Assembly: GCA_051362555.1 (NCBI GenBank)
Contig: CM120643.1
Location: forward strand, 25,114,848 to 25,178,847
DNA: 64,000 nt
Direction of reading: 5' to 3'
Source of the DNA: Lingula anatina
Lineage: Eukaryota; Animalia; Brachiopoda
The stretch's first letter is position 1; each line of letters starts with the position of its first letter. The notes beneath the pieces were generated by a model. It was not told the origin of the DNA. It ran no database searches and saw only the letters and a list, made by a program, of their open reading frames with translations. Below are positions 13,559-27,000 of the stretch, in pieces. The translations under genes were made by a program, and so were the position numbers.

Positions 13559-13819
13559 TACGGCACGCCAAAGCGGAAAAAATTGAAGACGGGAAAATTT
13601 CCTTCAAGACATCAAAAATACGTTCAAGACACAGATATTTTGTCTCAATTCATACATTTCCATCGTCTAGATTTCAAAAATAGCTTCAAATCGGAAATTT
13701 TCTTTCAAAATGACAGAATATCAGCGCAAGATAAATTTTAGTTCAAGACGGCAAAATCACCTTCAAGACAGCAAAATTGGCTTCAAGATTCACGTGACTC
13801 GTCAAGATTCACATGATTG
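13559..13819. mobile_element. End of an unclassified DNA element rich in TCAAGA subterminal repeats (second copy at 39881)
   Basis: tacggcacgccaaagcggaaaaaattgaagacgg here versus tatggcacaccaaaccggaaaaaaatcaagacgg at 39881. Confidence 0.5.
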
Positions 13820-14647
13820 CATTTCATAAAGGAGGTTTTAGTATTGAACCAGTGGTCTAGTAAAACCTGGCTTAACATCATTCTAAACCTGGTTTAGACA
13901 GGTTTGTGTTTCATAATTGAGGTCTAAGTTTTTGATACCCGGATTATGGACTCAGACCAAGTCTAAAAATAAACCTGGTCAGACCCAGGTTTAACTCTGT
14001 AGCTTGGAAAAAAGATGGCCGACGTAGACTTGGGTGATATTCGAGCACTTAACAATTTGGACGCAAGAAGACGCCCCTGGCATCGCCGACGCATTTTTCG
14101 AGCAAGGGTTAATTATTTTGATTTCTATGATGAACAAGATTTCAAAATCAGGTTCAGAATTTCTAAAGAAATAGCATGTGAGGTCATAGCACTGATAGAG
14201 GATCGATTAGCACCCTATACATTGAGAAATTGCAGCATTTCACCGGAGCTACAGGTGCTAACCTTTCTGCGATACTACGCAACAGGTAGCTATCAACGTG
14301 CTCTTCAGCAGAAAAATTCTTTTTCTGCTCATTTTCACGTGCCCTTTACTTCCAAAGTTTTTTCTCATATGAGCTACACAGCTTATCTGCTTCAACGTTA
14401 GTGTGTGTCATCTATTCATTTACGCCTACCTGATTGACACAGTTCAGTGATTTCTTTGTCTATGTAATCCTGTTACATTCAACAGGAGGTCAAGGACAAG
14501 TTAAAACTGGTTTAGCTAAACGTGGTTTTCTGGCTTTCCTACACTGTTAGTGAAATGCAATTTAGGTCTTGAGTTAGACCAGGTTTTGTTAGACTAGGTT
14601 TTAGCCTTAAACTAGGTTAAGTTAAACCTCCTTTATGAAATTGGCCG
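13820..14647 (+). mobile_element. Internally deleted PIF/Harbinger element with HARBI1-type transposase N-terminus (14015-~14300)
   Basis: Inverted ends atttcataaaggaggttta / taaacctcctttatgaaat. ORF motif F..RFRISKE..L..LI...L....RN.SISPELQVLTFLRYYATGSYQ. Many aaacc(t/a)ggttt subterminal repeats. Confidence 0.8.
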
Positions 14648-14819
14648 CTAATGGCTAGGGTCTACTATAACACAAAAGTCTATCTGCATTAGATAGTTAC
14701 ATGTACTACTGCAATCTTCATTCTTTTCAGAGCTGACAATAATGAAATAAAGGCCCCCATTGCTGATCTTGTAAAAAGTCATGTTGGCAGGCTTATTCAT
14801 GATGGGGATAACAGACAGA

Positions 14820-16415
14820 CCCTGAAAATTAGTAGGATACGGCTGTTTCGAAGTTTCATGAGATGTGTTGCCAGGGACGACCTTGAGGACACTCTCCCTA
14901 TACAAGTCAAATTCTATGATTCCATGAATACAAGGGATGATAGTGGACCACGGCGAGAGTTTATGTATCGTCTTGTAGATGATTTGTTTTCAACAAATAC
15001 TGGGATTTTCCAGCAGCTTGACAACAAAATGCCAAAATGTTGACACACAATGCCAAAAAGCTCGAATCCTCTGAATATTATTGGGCTGGCTATGCTGTAG
15101 CAATGTGCCTAATTTTTGGAGGACCTTAAACAGCCTTTTTCACACCAGCCATGTACAGCTATGTGAGTAATGGGATTGACAAGACGGTGACAGAGATTAC
15201 TGACATCCCCAATACCTCTGTGAGGCATCTTATAGAGTAGGTATGTTACTTTATAACTAATCTTTTTAATTGGAATTATTGGCTATAATGTCATAAAAAT
15301 TTAGACACTAATTTCATGATTTAATGATTAAATGAATAATAATTTGCTAGACAGCCTAGGGGGCAGGCCATACGTTGTGTACATGTAGATGATCTTTGGA
15401 AATACTTACTAGGAGAGCTGACGTCATGAACAAACTCACCGAGTTGCACAGTTTTACTATTAATAAAAATGACAGTGTAGTTTCCAAAAGTATATAACTT
15501 CAAAAGCCGTATATGAGGTTGAATATGATTTCTTTCAGATGCAAGATGCTAAATCCACTGAAGAACTGAGGGCTACAATACAACACGTTGATGAGCTCAC
15601 GTTGGAAGATGGTGCCTCACTTCTACTGGCAGCAGGCATATTCCACCTAGTGTTACCCTTCTCGAACTGCCCAATATTGTACATCGACTTACAAAATTCT
15701 ATGCCATTGGTTTATACAGGTAAAGAACCCAATCCCCCCAATTATTACTGCTTTGTATAAATGTGTAATACAATGATTATGAAAACATCCTGTATTTTGT
15801 TTGTAGATCAGAGCTTGAAGATTTCTCACGAGGACTTCAGCATTATGGAGTGGCGAATCTTATCAGAGACTTCCCCATTTCCATGAGGGATGCCTTTGTA
15901 CCTCAGCCAACCACCAAGGAACTCACATCAGATGACATCTTAGGCATGTTTCAGCCGCTTTTCACAGATGAGGGTGCCAATCAGCGACAGCAGGAGGGAA
16001 GACGTTATGGACCATTGGGTCAGTTATCTAGATGATGTTGGCAAAGGTATATATTTTTACTTTTTCTCACCACATTTAATTGCACGAATAACATAGATTG
16101 ATACCACAACTTTAACTATGTTCACATGCTAATATTATTTTTGTTGCTATTATGATTTCAGGCAAAACGGTGGTGAAACCTAAGGATATTTTGAGATTTG
16201 CTTCTGGCTTGGACTCTGTCCCACTTATTGGATGGGGTAGCAATAACGAGCCAACACTGCAGTTTCTCTCGGATCCTCCGTCTCAACTTCCTCAAGCCAG
16301 AACATGTGGTCCCTCTATTTTGCTGCCGCTGTGGAACTACGAGTCATATGAAAGTTTCAAGCTGAGCATGGATGAAGGAATCATTAACAGTCTCCCTGCA
16401 ATCCTCCTGGGCTGA
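14820..16415 (+). pseudogene. G2E3-like HECT E3 ubiquitin ligase pseudogene (exons ~14820-15240, 15539-15719, 15807-16046, 16162-16415)
   Basis: IQVKF...DDSGPRREFM, DILRFASGLDSVP.IGW and LPQARTCGPSILLP (catalytic Cys). GT-AG introns present; several stops and frameshifts. Confidence 0.75.
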
Positions 16416-16954
16416 TGGAAGAATCTACTATATGTATATTCTTTTCTTAATCACTCCCTCCAAACTTTAACTAGTCCATTGCATTCATTACAAGCAAACT
16501 GAATTATCTAGTGGAATCATATCATCCCAACTTGCCAATTCTCAAGTTAGAGTGGTCTCATTTTATATTTGGGTGCTTATATTTTCTCTATTCAGAAAAT
16601 GATCTAGTTTAATATTACACATTACATGTATAACCAAACTGGTGAATCTCTAGTGATATAATATCATGGCTTGCCCATTCTCAAATTAATTTGGTCTCAT
16701 TTCATATTTGGGTGCTTATACAGTATTAATTCTGTCTCCAGTATGAAAAAAAAAAACCTAGTCTATATTGTGCATAACTTGCAAACTGCACTGACTTGCC
16801 AATTTTCTCCTTTAAATTTGGTCTCATTTGTTATTTCGGTGCTTAGATATACTTGTCTGTAAATTTTTACCCTTTCATTTCTGCAGCAGCTACATGTACA
16901 TGTACTTCTAATATAGCAATATAGCACTTGTTTCTTTTTCAATTTATAAATTTA

Positions 16955-19900
16955 AACAAGGCAGCAAAGCTGTCAAATGTACAGACAAAAAACAGAAAAT
17001 AAAGATCCAAAATAGGTCATTTTGTCAATTTTGATGCAATAATAAATAATGCTTATAATAGCAATGTCAGTCAACACTGAATTCTAATCATGCACAACAG
17101 GTACCATGGTCAATAACAGGAGCGAACCCAGAGATATTTTCTGATAGTATTCCAAAGTATCTATGTTGATCCATCCCCCATTTTTATGGTCTTCCAACAG
17201 AAAAAAAATAGATACCAGTCAATATAAACTTAATAACCTGACCGTCTTCCGGAAGACCCAGAAGATGGTCTCAATCCACCCCTTCAATAAGATTACAGTT
17301 TCAGGATCATGAGAGTTCAAATTCACATGATGAAAGTCTCAATTTTTGAAAAATGATGACAGTGCATAAAATAATATTACATAATGTTTAAAGACATAAA
17401 AAACAATACAACTGCTTACGTGGAAATAAAGATAAGACAGCACGGTTCTGAAATGTTTTTTTCCCCATTTTTAACAATTTTTTAACATAAAACAAAATTA
17501 ACAGTTTACTGCCATTTTTATATGATCAACTAAGAAAATTGATGAGATGGGAAAAATATCAATAGAACAGTGTTAAATGTCCAATTTCCTCCATTCTGAG
17601 ATTCTGAACATAGTGAATGATTAAATCTGACAAACTGCAATGATATGAGTTTATTTCCATTTTTGACACTTTTTTTACACAATACATGATAACAAGTTTA
17701 CCATCATTTTTACTAAATCAACTAACAATGTTGTAAAGATGCAGGAAATGTCAAACAAACGCTTTTACGTATCTTATTAGTTTAATAATGAGACTGTTAA
17801 CATGCCTAAGAAATGAATCTGAGGAAATGTGAAAAAACAGAATACCTTCAAAAATATTGGCACGATTATGCTGGTTTACGAACTCAACATGCATTTTAGC
17901 AAAACTGACCACTCCTATGACTTTCATGACAATTGGCCCATCTGTTTTTCTTATATTGTGTTTACAGTGTTGCATATATGCTGAAAAGTGTAAAAAACAG
18001 CATAACTACTAAAATAAGAAGTTTACCATCATTTTTACATGATCAACTAACAATGTTGTAAAGATGCAGGAAATGTCAAACAAACACTTTTACGAATCTT
18101 ATTAGTTAAATAATGAGACTGTTAACATGCCTAAGAATTGAATCTGAGGAAACGTGAAAAAACAGCACAACTTATAAAATAATGGCCCGATTATGCTGAT
18201 TTTCAAACTTGACCTGCGTTTTAGTAAGATTAATTACTCCTGTGAGTTTCATGACAACAGGTCTATCGGTTTTCCTTGAAATGTGTTAACAGTGTTGCAC
18301 ATATGCTGAAAAGTGAAAAAAACAGCATAACTACTAAAATAGTGGCCTGATCATGCCGATTTTCGAACTTGACCTGCGTTTTAGTAAGATTGATTACCCC
18401 TATGAGTTTCATGACAACAGGCCTACCGGTTTTTATTGAAATGTGTTAACGATGTTGCATATATGCTGAAAAGTGAAAAAATAGCATAACTTCTACAATA
18501 ATGGCCCGATCATGCTTATTTTCGAACTTAACCTGCATTTTATGAATACTCATCAGCTCTGTAAATATGAAGCCAAAAAGTAAAACTGTCTTCCACTTAC
18601 AGTGTTAACGCTGAAAGTGCACAGCGACGGTGACGGCAACATGATTGGCGACGGCGACGACAGACACAGGTGGCCTCATAATAAAATATACGTATCGTGG
18701 ATTTTCAGAAAATGTGACTAGCATGGGTCTTCAAGCCCGTGGAGGTTCTAAGTCACACCTTGAAAATGCCAATATGTGAAAAATTAAATTTTCACAAAAA
18801 ACTGATTAACTGCCAAAAAAATTTACCAAATAGACTGCATTGCCCACTGAAGCTTTATTTAAGTCCCATGTTTCTTCCTGTAAGTTTGAGAACAGTAAGT
18901 GACATGGTTTTCCTTAAATGGTCATCATGGGAGCAGTGTCCAAAATAGGGGTGTCTTCAAATTTTGATGCAATATTACATAATGTTTAACAGGATAATTA
19001 CCATCAACTTTTAATAATAAAATATTAGTATCATGGATATTCAGAAAATGTTCCTAGCAAAGGTCTTCAGGCCCAAGGAACTTCAAAGTCACACCTTGAA
19101 TATGCCAAAATGTAGACAAGACAGCACTGTCCTGAAATGTGTTTTTTTCCATTTTTAACAATTTTTTAACATATAACAAAATTAACAATTTACTGCCATT
19201 TATATATGATCAACTAAGAAAATTGATGAGATGGGAAAAATATTAATAGAATAGTGTTAAATGTCCAATTTCTTCCATTCTGAGTTTCTAAACATACTGA
19301 ATAATTGAATCTGACAAACTGCAATGATATGAGTTTAATTCCATTTTTGACACTTTATTACACAATACACCATAACAAGTTTACCATCATTTTTACGAAA
19401 TCAACTAACAATGTTGTAAAGATGCAGAAAATGTCAAACAAACACTTTTACATTTCTTATTAATTAAATAATGAAACTGTTAACATGCCTAAGAACTGAA
19501 TCTAAGGAAATGTGAAAAAACAGCATAACTTCTAAAATAATGGCCCAATTATGCTAATTTTCAAACTCAACCTGCATTTTAGTAAGATTGACCACTCCTG
19601 TGAGTTTAAATGACAATTGGCCTATCTGTTTTTCTTATATTGTGTTTACAGTGTTGCATATATGCTAAAAAGTGAAAAAACAGCATAACTACTAAAATAG
19701 TGGCCCGATCGTGCCGATTTTCGAACTTGACCTGCGTTTTAGAAAGATTGATTGCTCCTGTGAGTTTCATGACAACAGGCCTATCGGTTTTCCTTGAAAT
19801 GTGTTAACAGTGTTGTATATATGCTGAAAAGTGAAAAAACAGCATAACTTCTACAATAATGGCCCGATCATGCTTATTTTCGAACTTAACCTGCATTTTA

Positions 19901-21776
19901 TGAATACTCATCAGCTCTGTAAATATGAAGCCAAAAAGTAAAACTGTCTTCCACTTACAGTGTTAACGCTGAAAGTGCACAGCGACGGTGACGGCAACAT
20001 GATTGGCGACGGCGACGACAGACACAGGTGGCCTCATAATAAAATATACGTATCGTGGATTTTCAGAAAATGTGACTAGCATGGGTCTTCAAGCCCGTGG
20101 AGGTTCTAAGTCACACCTTGAAAATGCCAATATGTGAAAAATTAAATTTTCACAAAAAACTGATTAACTGCCAAAAAAATTTACCAAATAGACTGCATTG
20201 CCCACTGAAGCTTTATTTAAGTCCCATGTTTCTTCCTGTAAGTTTGAGAACAGTAAGTGACATGGTTTTCCTTAAATGGTCATCATGGGAGCAGTGTCCA
20301 AAATAGGGGTGTCTTCAAATTTTGATGCAATATTACATAATGTTTAACAGGATAATTACCATCAACTTTTAATAATAAAATATTAGTATCATGGATATTC
20401 AGAAAATGTTCCTAGCAAAGGTCTTCAGGCCCAAGGAACTTCAAAGTCACACCTTGAATATGCCAAAATGTAGACAAGACAGCACTGTCCTGAAATGTGT
20501 TTTTTTCCATTTTTAACAATTTTTTAACATATAACAAAATTAACAATTTACTGCCATTTATATATGATCAACTAAGAAAATTGATGAGATGGGAAAAATA
20601 TTAATAGAATAGTGTTAAATGTCCAATTTCTTCCATTCTGAGTTTCTAAACATACTGAATAATTGAATCTGACAAACTGCAATGATATGAGTTTAATTCC
20701 ATTTTTGACACTTTATTACACAATACACCATAACAAGTTTACCATCATTTTTACGAAATCAACTAACAATGTTGTAAAGATGCAGAAAATGTCAAACAAA
20801 CACTTTTACATTTCTTATTAATTAAATAATGAAACTGTTAACATGCCTAAGAACTGAATCTAAGGAAATGTGAAAAAACAGCATAACTTCTAAAATAATG
20901 GCCCAATTATGCTAATTTTCAAACTCAACCTGCATTTTAGTAAGATTGACCACTCCTGTGAGTTTAAATGACAATTGGCCTATCTGTTTTTCTTATATTG
21001 TGTTTACAGTGTTGCATATATGCTAAAAAGTGAAAAAACAGCATAACTACTAAAATAGTGGCCCGATCGTGCCGATTTTCGAACTTGACCTGCGTTTTAG
21101 AAAGATTGATTGCTCCTGTGAGTTTCATGACAACAGGCCTATCGGTTTTCCTTGAAATGTGTTAACAGTGTTGTATATATGCTGAAAAGTGAAAAAACAG
21201 CATAACTTCTACAATAATGGCTCGATCATGCTGATTTTTGAACTTGACCTGGGTTTCATGAATATTCATCAGCTCTGTAAATATAAAGCCAAAAAGTAAA
21301 ACTTTCTTCCACTTATCGTGTTAACGCTGAAAGTGCACGGCGCCGGCATCGGCGACGGCGACGACAGACGCAGGTGATGGCAATATGTACAGACACATCT
21401 CATATGTATTTTACAAAGCCCACCAGTTTTGTTTGAAAAGCATCAGGTTATTGTTTTTTTCTTGTAAACATAGTGTGCTGTATCATCATTTTTTCCATAA
21501 TTTTCTACAGGGAATAAAGTGATTGGGGTGAATGAAGAAGGCGTACCTTGGAGACTAATGCTGCGTACCTGAATGTACAAACTACAAACTGGGAAATGTT
21601 TTTACAAATTCCCAAATGATGCCACACGGAGACAACTGGCTGTGTCACATAGATAAGGATTTTTTACCAACATCATCCACAAGAATATCTTCTGTGCATT
21701 TTGAAAGAGGTATATATGCCAGTGTTACCTTTATCTCAGATTTATGTACAGACACATCTGTGTCTGTACATAAAAA
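16955..21776 (-). mobile_element. Helentron-associated non-autonomous element (HINE) concatemer, minus orientation
   Basis: Tail aacaaggcagcaaagctgtcaaatgtacagaca (stem-loop plus subTIR) at 16955. Head hairpin tatgtacagacacatctgtgtctgtacataaaaa at 21743-21776. (CGA/CGG)n microsatellite and ~160-bp internal repeats; three partial units in tandem. Confidence 0.75.
18483..21221. repeat. Near-perfect tandem duplication, period 1358 bp
   Basis: 18483-19863 matches 19841-21221 by eye; ORF-track entries 18739 and 20097 are identical. Confidence 0.9.
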
Positions 21777-22458
21777 CACATGAGGATGTTCCTTATCTCA
21801 AATGGAAAAGGATCACTACATGTGTAATTAAAAAAACTCATCTAGCCATACTAGTTTGATTATTTTTGTAAAGTCAAAAGTTTATTTTTAAAGTCATTAC
21901 TAAATAAAGCAGATTTAAAGATTTATAGCTTCTTCAGTTTTATTTATACACTTAACAAGTGAATTCCAAGAGATGTGATTCAAGATACATATACAAGTTT
22001 ATTCAGTTTATCTCCCATGACACGGCAATATTCAAGCATTAAGTCCTTCCAGAAACTGCACTGCTTGCTTAAAAAGACTGATGCCCTGATCATAGTCGTA
22101 TGCTAGACGACCGATGTCATATGTATTTTACAAAGCCCACCAGTTTTGTTTGAAAAGCATCAGGTTATTGTTTTTTTCTTGTAAACATAGTGTGCTGTAT
22201 CATCATTTTTTCCATAATTTTCTACAGGGAATAAAGTGATTGGGGTGAATGAAGAAGGCGTACCTTGGAGACTAATGCTGCGTACCTGAATGTACAAACT
22301 ACAAACTGGGAAATGTTTTTACAAATTCCCAAATGATGCCACACGGAGACAACTGGCTGTGTCACATAGATAAGGATTTTTTACCAACATCATCCACAAG
22401 AATATCTTCTGTGCATTTTGAAAGAGGTATATATGCCAGTGTTACCTTTATCTCAGAT
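21400..22458. repeat. 342-bp direct duplication (21400-21741 = 22117-22458)
   Basis: Identical sequence at offset 717. Confidence 0.9.
22240..22427 (+). pseudogene. Decayed THAP-domain exon (copy at ~21523-21710)
   Basis: With frameshifts: CCVPECTN..FYKFPNDATRRQ..PTSSTRISSVHFE, then a GT donor. Fits the THAP signature C-x-x-x-C..FP..W..P..C-x-x-HF. Confidence 0.6.
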
Positions 22459-24027
22459 GAATGAACCTTTCCTTTTGATGCAACACCTATTCCTGCCCTG
22501 TCTCTTCCCTATGTGTATAATGCAATGTGCAATGCATATAACATGAAAGAAGAATGTACCCAATGCACAGTATTGGAATCTTAATTGATAAGTTACAGAA
22601 AGATTACTTAAGTACGTAAGTCTCCACTTCACCTTGATAGTGAGCTACGGCTACCACAGGCACCTACGCTATCACCCATGCAGTAAAAGGGACCTACAAC
22701 CTTAGGCTGCTGTAGAGAGCTTGACTGAATCTGTATTGATGGTACCAGTCAAGAGAACCCATTTTTTATGTACAGACACAGATGTGTCTGTACATATAGC
22801 CATCATCTGCGTCTGTTGTCGCCGTTGTCGCTGTCGTCGCCGTCGTCGCTGTCGCCGTCGCCGTGCACTTTTACCGATACACGATAAGTGGAAAACCATT
22901 TTGCCTTTTGATTTGAAACTTGCAGAACTGATGAATATTCATAATACGCAGGTCAAGTTCGAAAATCAGCATGATCGGGTCACTCTTAGGGAATTTATGC
23001 TGTTTTTTCACTTTTTTCAACATATATGCAGCACCGATAACACGATAAGTGGAAAACCATTGTAACTTTTGACTTGAAACTTACAGAACTGATGAATATT
23101 CATAATATGCAGGTCAAGTTCGAAAATCGGCATGATTGGGCCATTTTTAGGGAATTTATGCTGTTTTTTCACTTTTTCAGCATATATGCAGCACCGATAA
23201 CACAGTAAGTGGAAAACCATTTTACCTTTTGGCTTGAAACTTACAAAACTGATGAAAATTCTTAATACGCAGGTCAAGTTCGAAAATCAGCATGATTGGG
23301 CCATTTTTAGGGAATTTATGCTGTTTTTTCACTTTTTTCAATATAAATGCAACACTGATAACACAATATAAGAAAAACGGATTGGCCAATTGGCATTATA
23401 TTCACAGGAGTGGTCAATCTTACTAAAACGCAGGTTGAGTTCGAAAATCAGCATAATCGGGCCATTATTTTAGAAGTTATACTGTTTTTTCACATTTCCT
23501 CAGATTCAATTATTAGGCATGTTAACAGTCTCATTATTGAACTTATTAGATGCGTAAAAGTGTTTGTTTGATATTTCCTGCATCTTTACAACATTGTTAG
23601 TTGATTATGTAAAAAAACATGGTAAACTTGTTATCATGTATTGTGTAATAAAGTGTCAAAAATGGAAATAAACTCATATCATTGCAGTTTGTCAGATTCA
23701 ATCATCCACTATGTTCAGAATATCAGAATGAAGGAAATTGGACATTTAACACTGTTCTATTGATACTTTTCCCATCTCATCAGTTTTCTTAGTTGGTCAT
23801 ATAAAAATGGCAGTAAAATGTTTATTTTGTTTTATGTTAAAAAAGTGTTAAAAATGGAAATAAACCCATTTCAGGACAGTGCTGTCTTGTTTACATTTTG
23901 GCATTTTTATGTACAGACACAGATGTGTCTGTACATATAGCCGTCATCTGCGTCTGTCGTCGCCGTCGTCGCCGCCATGCACTTTTACCGATAACACGAT
24001 AAATGGAAAACTGTTTTTTCTTTTGGT

Positions 24028-27000
24028 ATGAAACTGTCTGCACCTGATGTTTCCGTGCCCATAGCTACAACTGCACACATGCATGCAGTCTCTACGCCTA
24101 TGGCCACAACTGATCACACGCCAGCAGTTTCCCTCGATGGTTTAACAGAAGCTCTTCAACAGAGTTTGTCTTTAGGACGCCTACCTGTTCCAGAACCAAA
24201 GGTATTTGCAGGTAATCCATTGCTGTTTCCTGAATGGAAGAACTCCTTCTCTGTCTTAATTGGAAGAAAAGCCCTCAATGCTACTGAGAAACTCTTTTTT
24301 CTTAGGAAGTATACAGCAGGGCCTGCTGCTAAAATGATTCAGGGAGCTTTCTTAAGAACAGATGAAGCAGCATTTGATGATGCCTGGAGAAAGCTGAACG
24401 AAAGGTTTGGAGATGAGTTCCTGATACAGAAGTCTTTCAGAGAAAAGCTAGATAAATGGCCAAAGATTCCAGAAAAAGATGGAAATGCACTCAGAGACTA
24501 CTCAGACTTTCTGAATGCTGTATGTGATGCCATGCCGCACGTCAAGGGACTCACAGTTTTGAACGATTATAGTGAAAACAGGAAAATAATTAACAAGCTA
24601 CCACAGTTTGTATCACACAGATGGAATCGTCAAGTGACAAGGTCTATGAAGACTGAAGGCTACCCCTCCTTTCGTGACTTTTGTGCTTTCCTGTCAGAAG
24701 AATCAGAAGTGGCTTGCAATCCCATTACCTCTCCATTGGTGAACAAGGTGCATGATATGGTCAGAGCTCTAAATGTTAATGCTGGTGTAGCAGAGAAAAA
24801 ATTGTGCACATATTGTGAGAAAGAAGGTCATTATATCTCTAGATGTCATGACTTTGGCGCTTTAACGATATCCAAGAAAAGGGAGTTTGTGGTGAAAAAG
24901 AATTTGTGCTTTGGATGTTTAGGACAGGGACACAGAAACAGTGACTGCAGAAGAAAACATGTATGTGGTACCTGTAAGGGCAAGCATCCAACCTGCATGC
25001 ACGAAGAAAGGCAGCCACCTACCAGCAGAGAAACTCAAAGTGTAAATTCTCTCAAAGTCAATCAGCATCACCGTCAGAGTAGCACCACCATGATAGTGCC
25101 TGTTTGGGTGTCTACACAGGAAAATCCAGAACATGAGGTGTTGACCTATGCACTTTTAGATACACAGAGTGACACTACATTTTTATTAGAAGATACGGCT
25201 GCTGCTTTAAATGCTGAAACAGAGCATGCCACACTTAGTTTATCAACAATGTCAACTCAAAAGTCCCTCATAGATAGCAAGAAAATCAGAAGATTGCGAG
25301 TAAGAGGATTCAAGTCTACTGAGACATTGGAGATTGATCAAGCATTCACTAGGGAGTTTATACCAGCTGACAGAACACAAATTCCTACGAGAAAAACTGT
25401 AACAGACTGGCAACATCTAAAGCCTCTTTTGAACAAGATTCCTCCCCTACAGACTTGTGATGTGGGTTTACTCATAGGTTTTAATTGTCCACGAGCACTG
25501 CTACCCAGAGATACCCTAGTTGGTGGAAATAGTGAGCCATATGCAGTGCAGACTATACTTGGGTGGAGTATTGTTGGCTGCTCTTCAAGAGATAACTTAG
25601 CTTCAGTTTGTCACCGTGTGACGACAAAGGAGGTGTTTCCTTGTATGCCAAGAGACGTTATTAATGCCTTAGAAAAGGATTTTGTTCACGACAAGACCGA
25701 AGTTGAGATGTCTCAAGAAGATTTGCAGTTTTTGAGAGTACAAGAAACCAATATACAGCAGTTGGATAATGGTCACATTCAGATGCCATTGCCATTCAGA
25801 AGACGACCAGCTCTCCCTGATAACAAGTCCCAGGCACTCCAACGCATTGATCATCTGAGACGCAAGTTTGAGCGAGATCCAAGTTATCGTGAATCGTACA
25901 CGAGCATGGTGCAAGGTATTATAGACCGAGGTGAGGCTGAAGAAGCTCCAGATGATACCATTAAAGGAGAAGTATGGTACTTGCCACATCATGGAGTTTA
26001 TCATCCACAGAAAGGAAAACTTCGTGTGGTATTTGATTGTTCTGCAACTTACAAACAAACCTCACTTAATCAACATTTGCTAAGTGGTCCTGACTTAACA
26101 AGTAGCCTTCTAGGAGTTTTGATTAGATTTAGAGAACACCCAGTGGCAGTAGCATGTGATATTGAAAAAATGTTTCATCAATTCCTAGTGCAAGATAACG
26201 ACAGAAATTACCTGCGATTTCTGTGGTGGAAAAATGGTGACATTACCAAGGAGCCAACGGTATTCAGGATGAAAGTACATCTTTTTGGGGCTACTTCATC
26301 GCCTGGTTGTGCCAATTTTGGTTTGAAATATCTTGCTAAAAGTTATGAGAATGAATACCCATTGGCAGCAGAATTTATTAAGCATCACTTCTATGTTGAT
26401 GATGGTTTGACCAGCTCTGATGACGCAGATACCGCCATTCAGATTATCGATCAGGCAAGGAAATTGTGTGCCAGTGGAGGCATACGATTGCACAAGTTCT
26501 TGTCCAATAGCAGGGAGGTTTTAGAAACGGTCCCAGAGTCTGAGCGTGCTACAGAGGTGAATGGTGTGGATTTGAATAAAGACAGATTGCCAGTTTCCAC
26601 TGCATTGGGATTACAGTGGAATGTAGAAGATGATGTTTTTCAGTACAGAGCTTTTACCAGTGAAGTCAAGGCAAAAACACTCAGGGGAGTGCTATCTACA
26701 GTGGCATCCGTGTATGATCCTCAAGGCTTTCTATCCCCATTTATTCTTATTGGGAAGCAGATATTGCAACAAATGTGTAAAGAGAATTCTGCATGGGATG
26801 AAGAACTTTCCAATGATCTTATGCCACAGTGGGAAAAATGGTCTGAAGAATTGAGGGATATTCAAAATATCAAGGTGGCCCGGTGTTTTATACCAAAGAA
26901 CTTTGGAACAGTAACGCGAAGAGAACTTCATCATTTCTCTGATGCGAGTTTATCTGGATATGGACAATGTTCTTATATACGACTTGTGAACGAGAAAAAC

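Noticed and set aside
18739-20306. Two identical 69-aa ORFs
   Set aside because: By-products of the 1358-bp duplication in non-coding HINE sequence.
22702-23277. Arg/Cys-rich ORFs (22721, 22702, 23017)
   Set aside because: Translations of the HINE microsatellite and repeat units.
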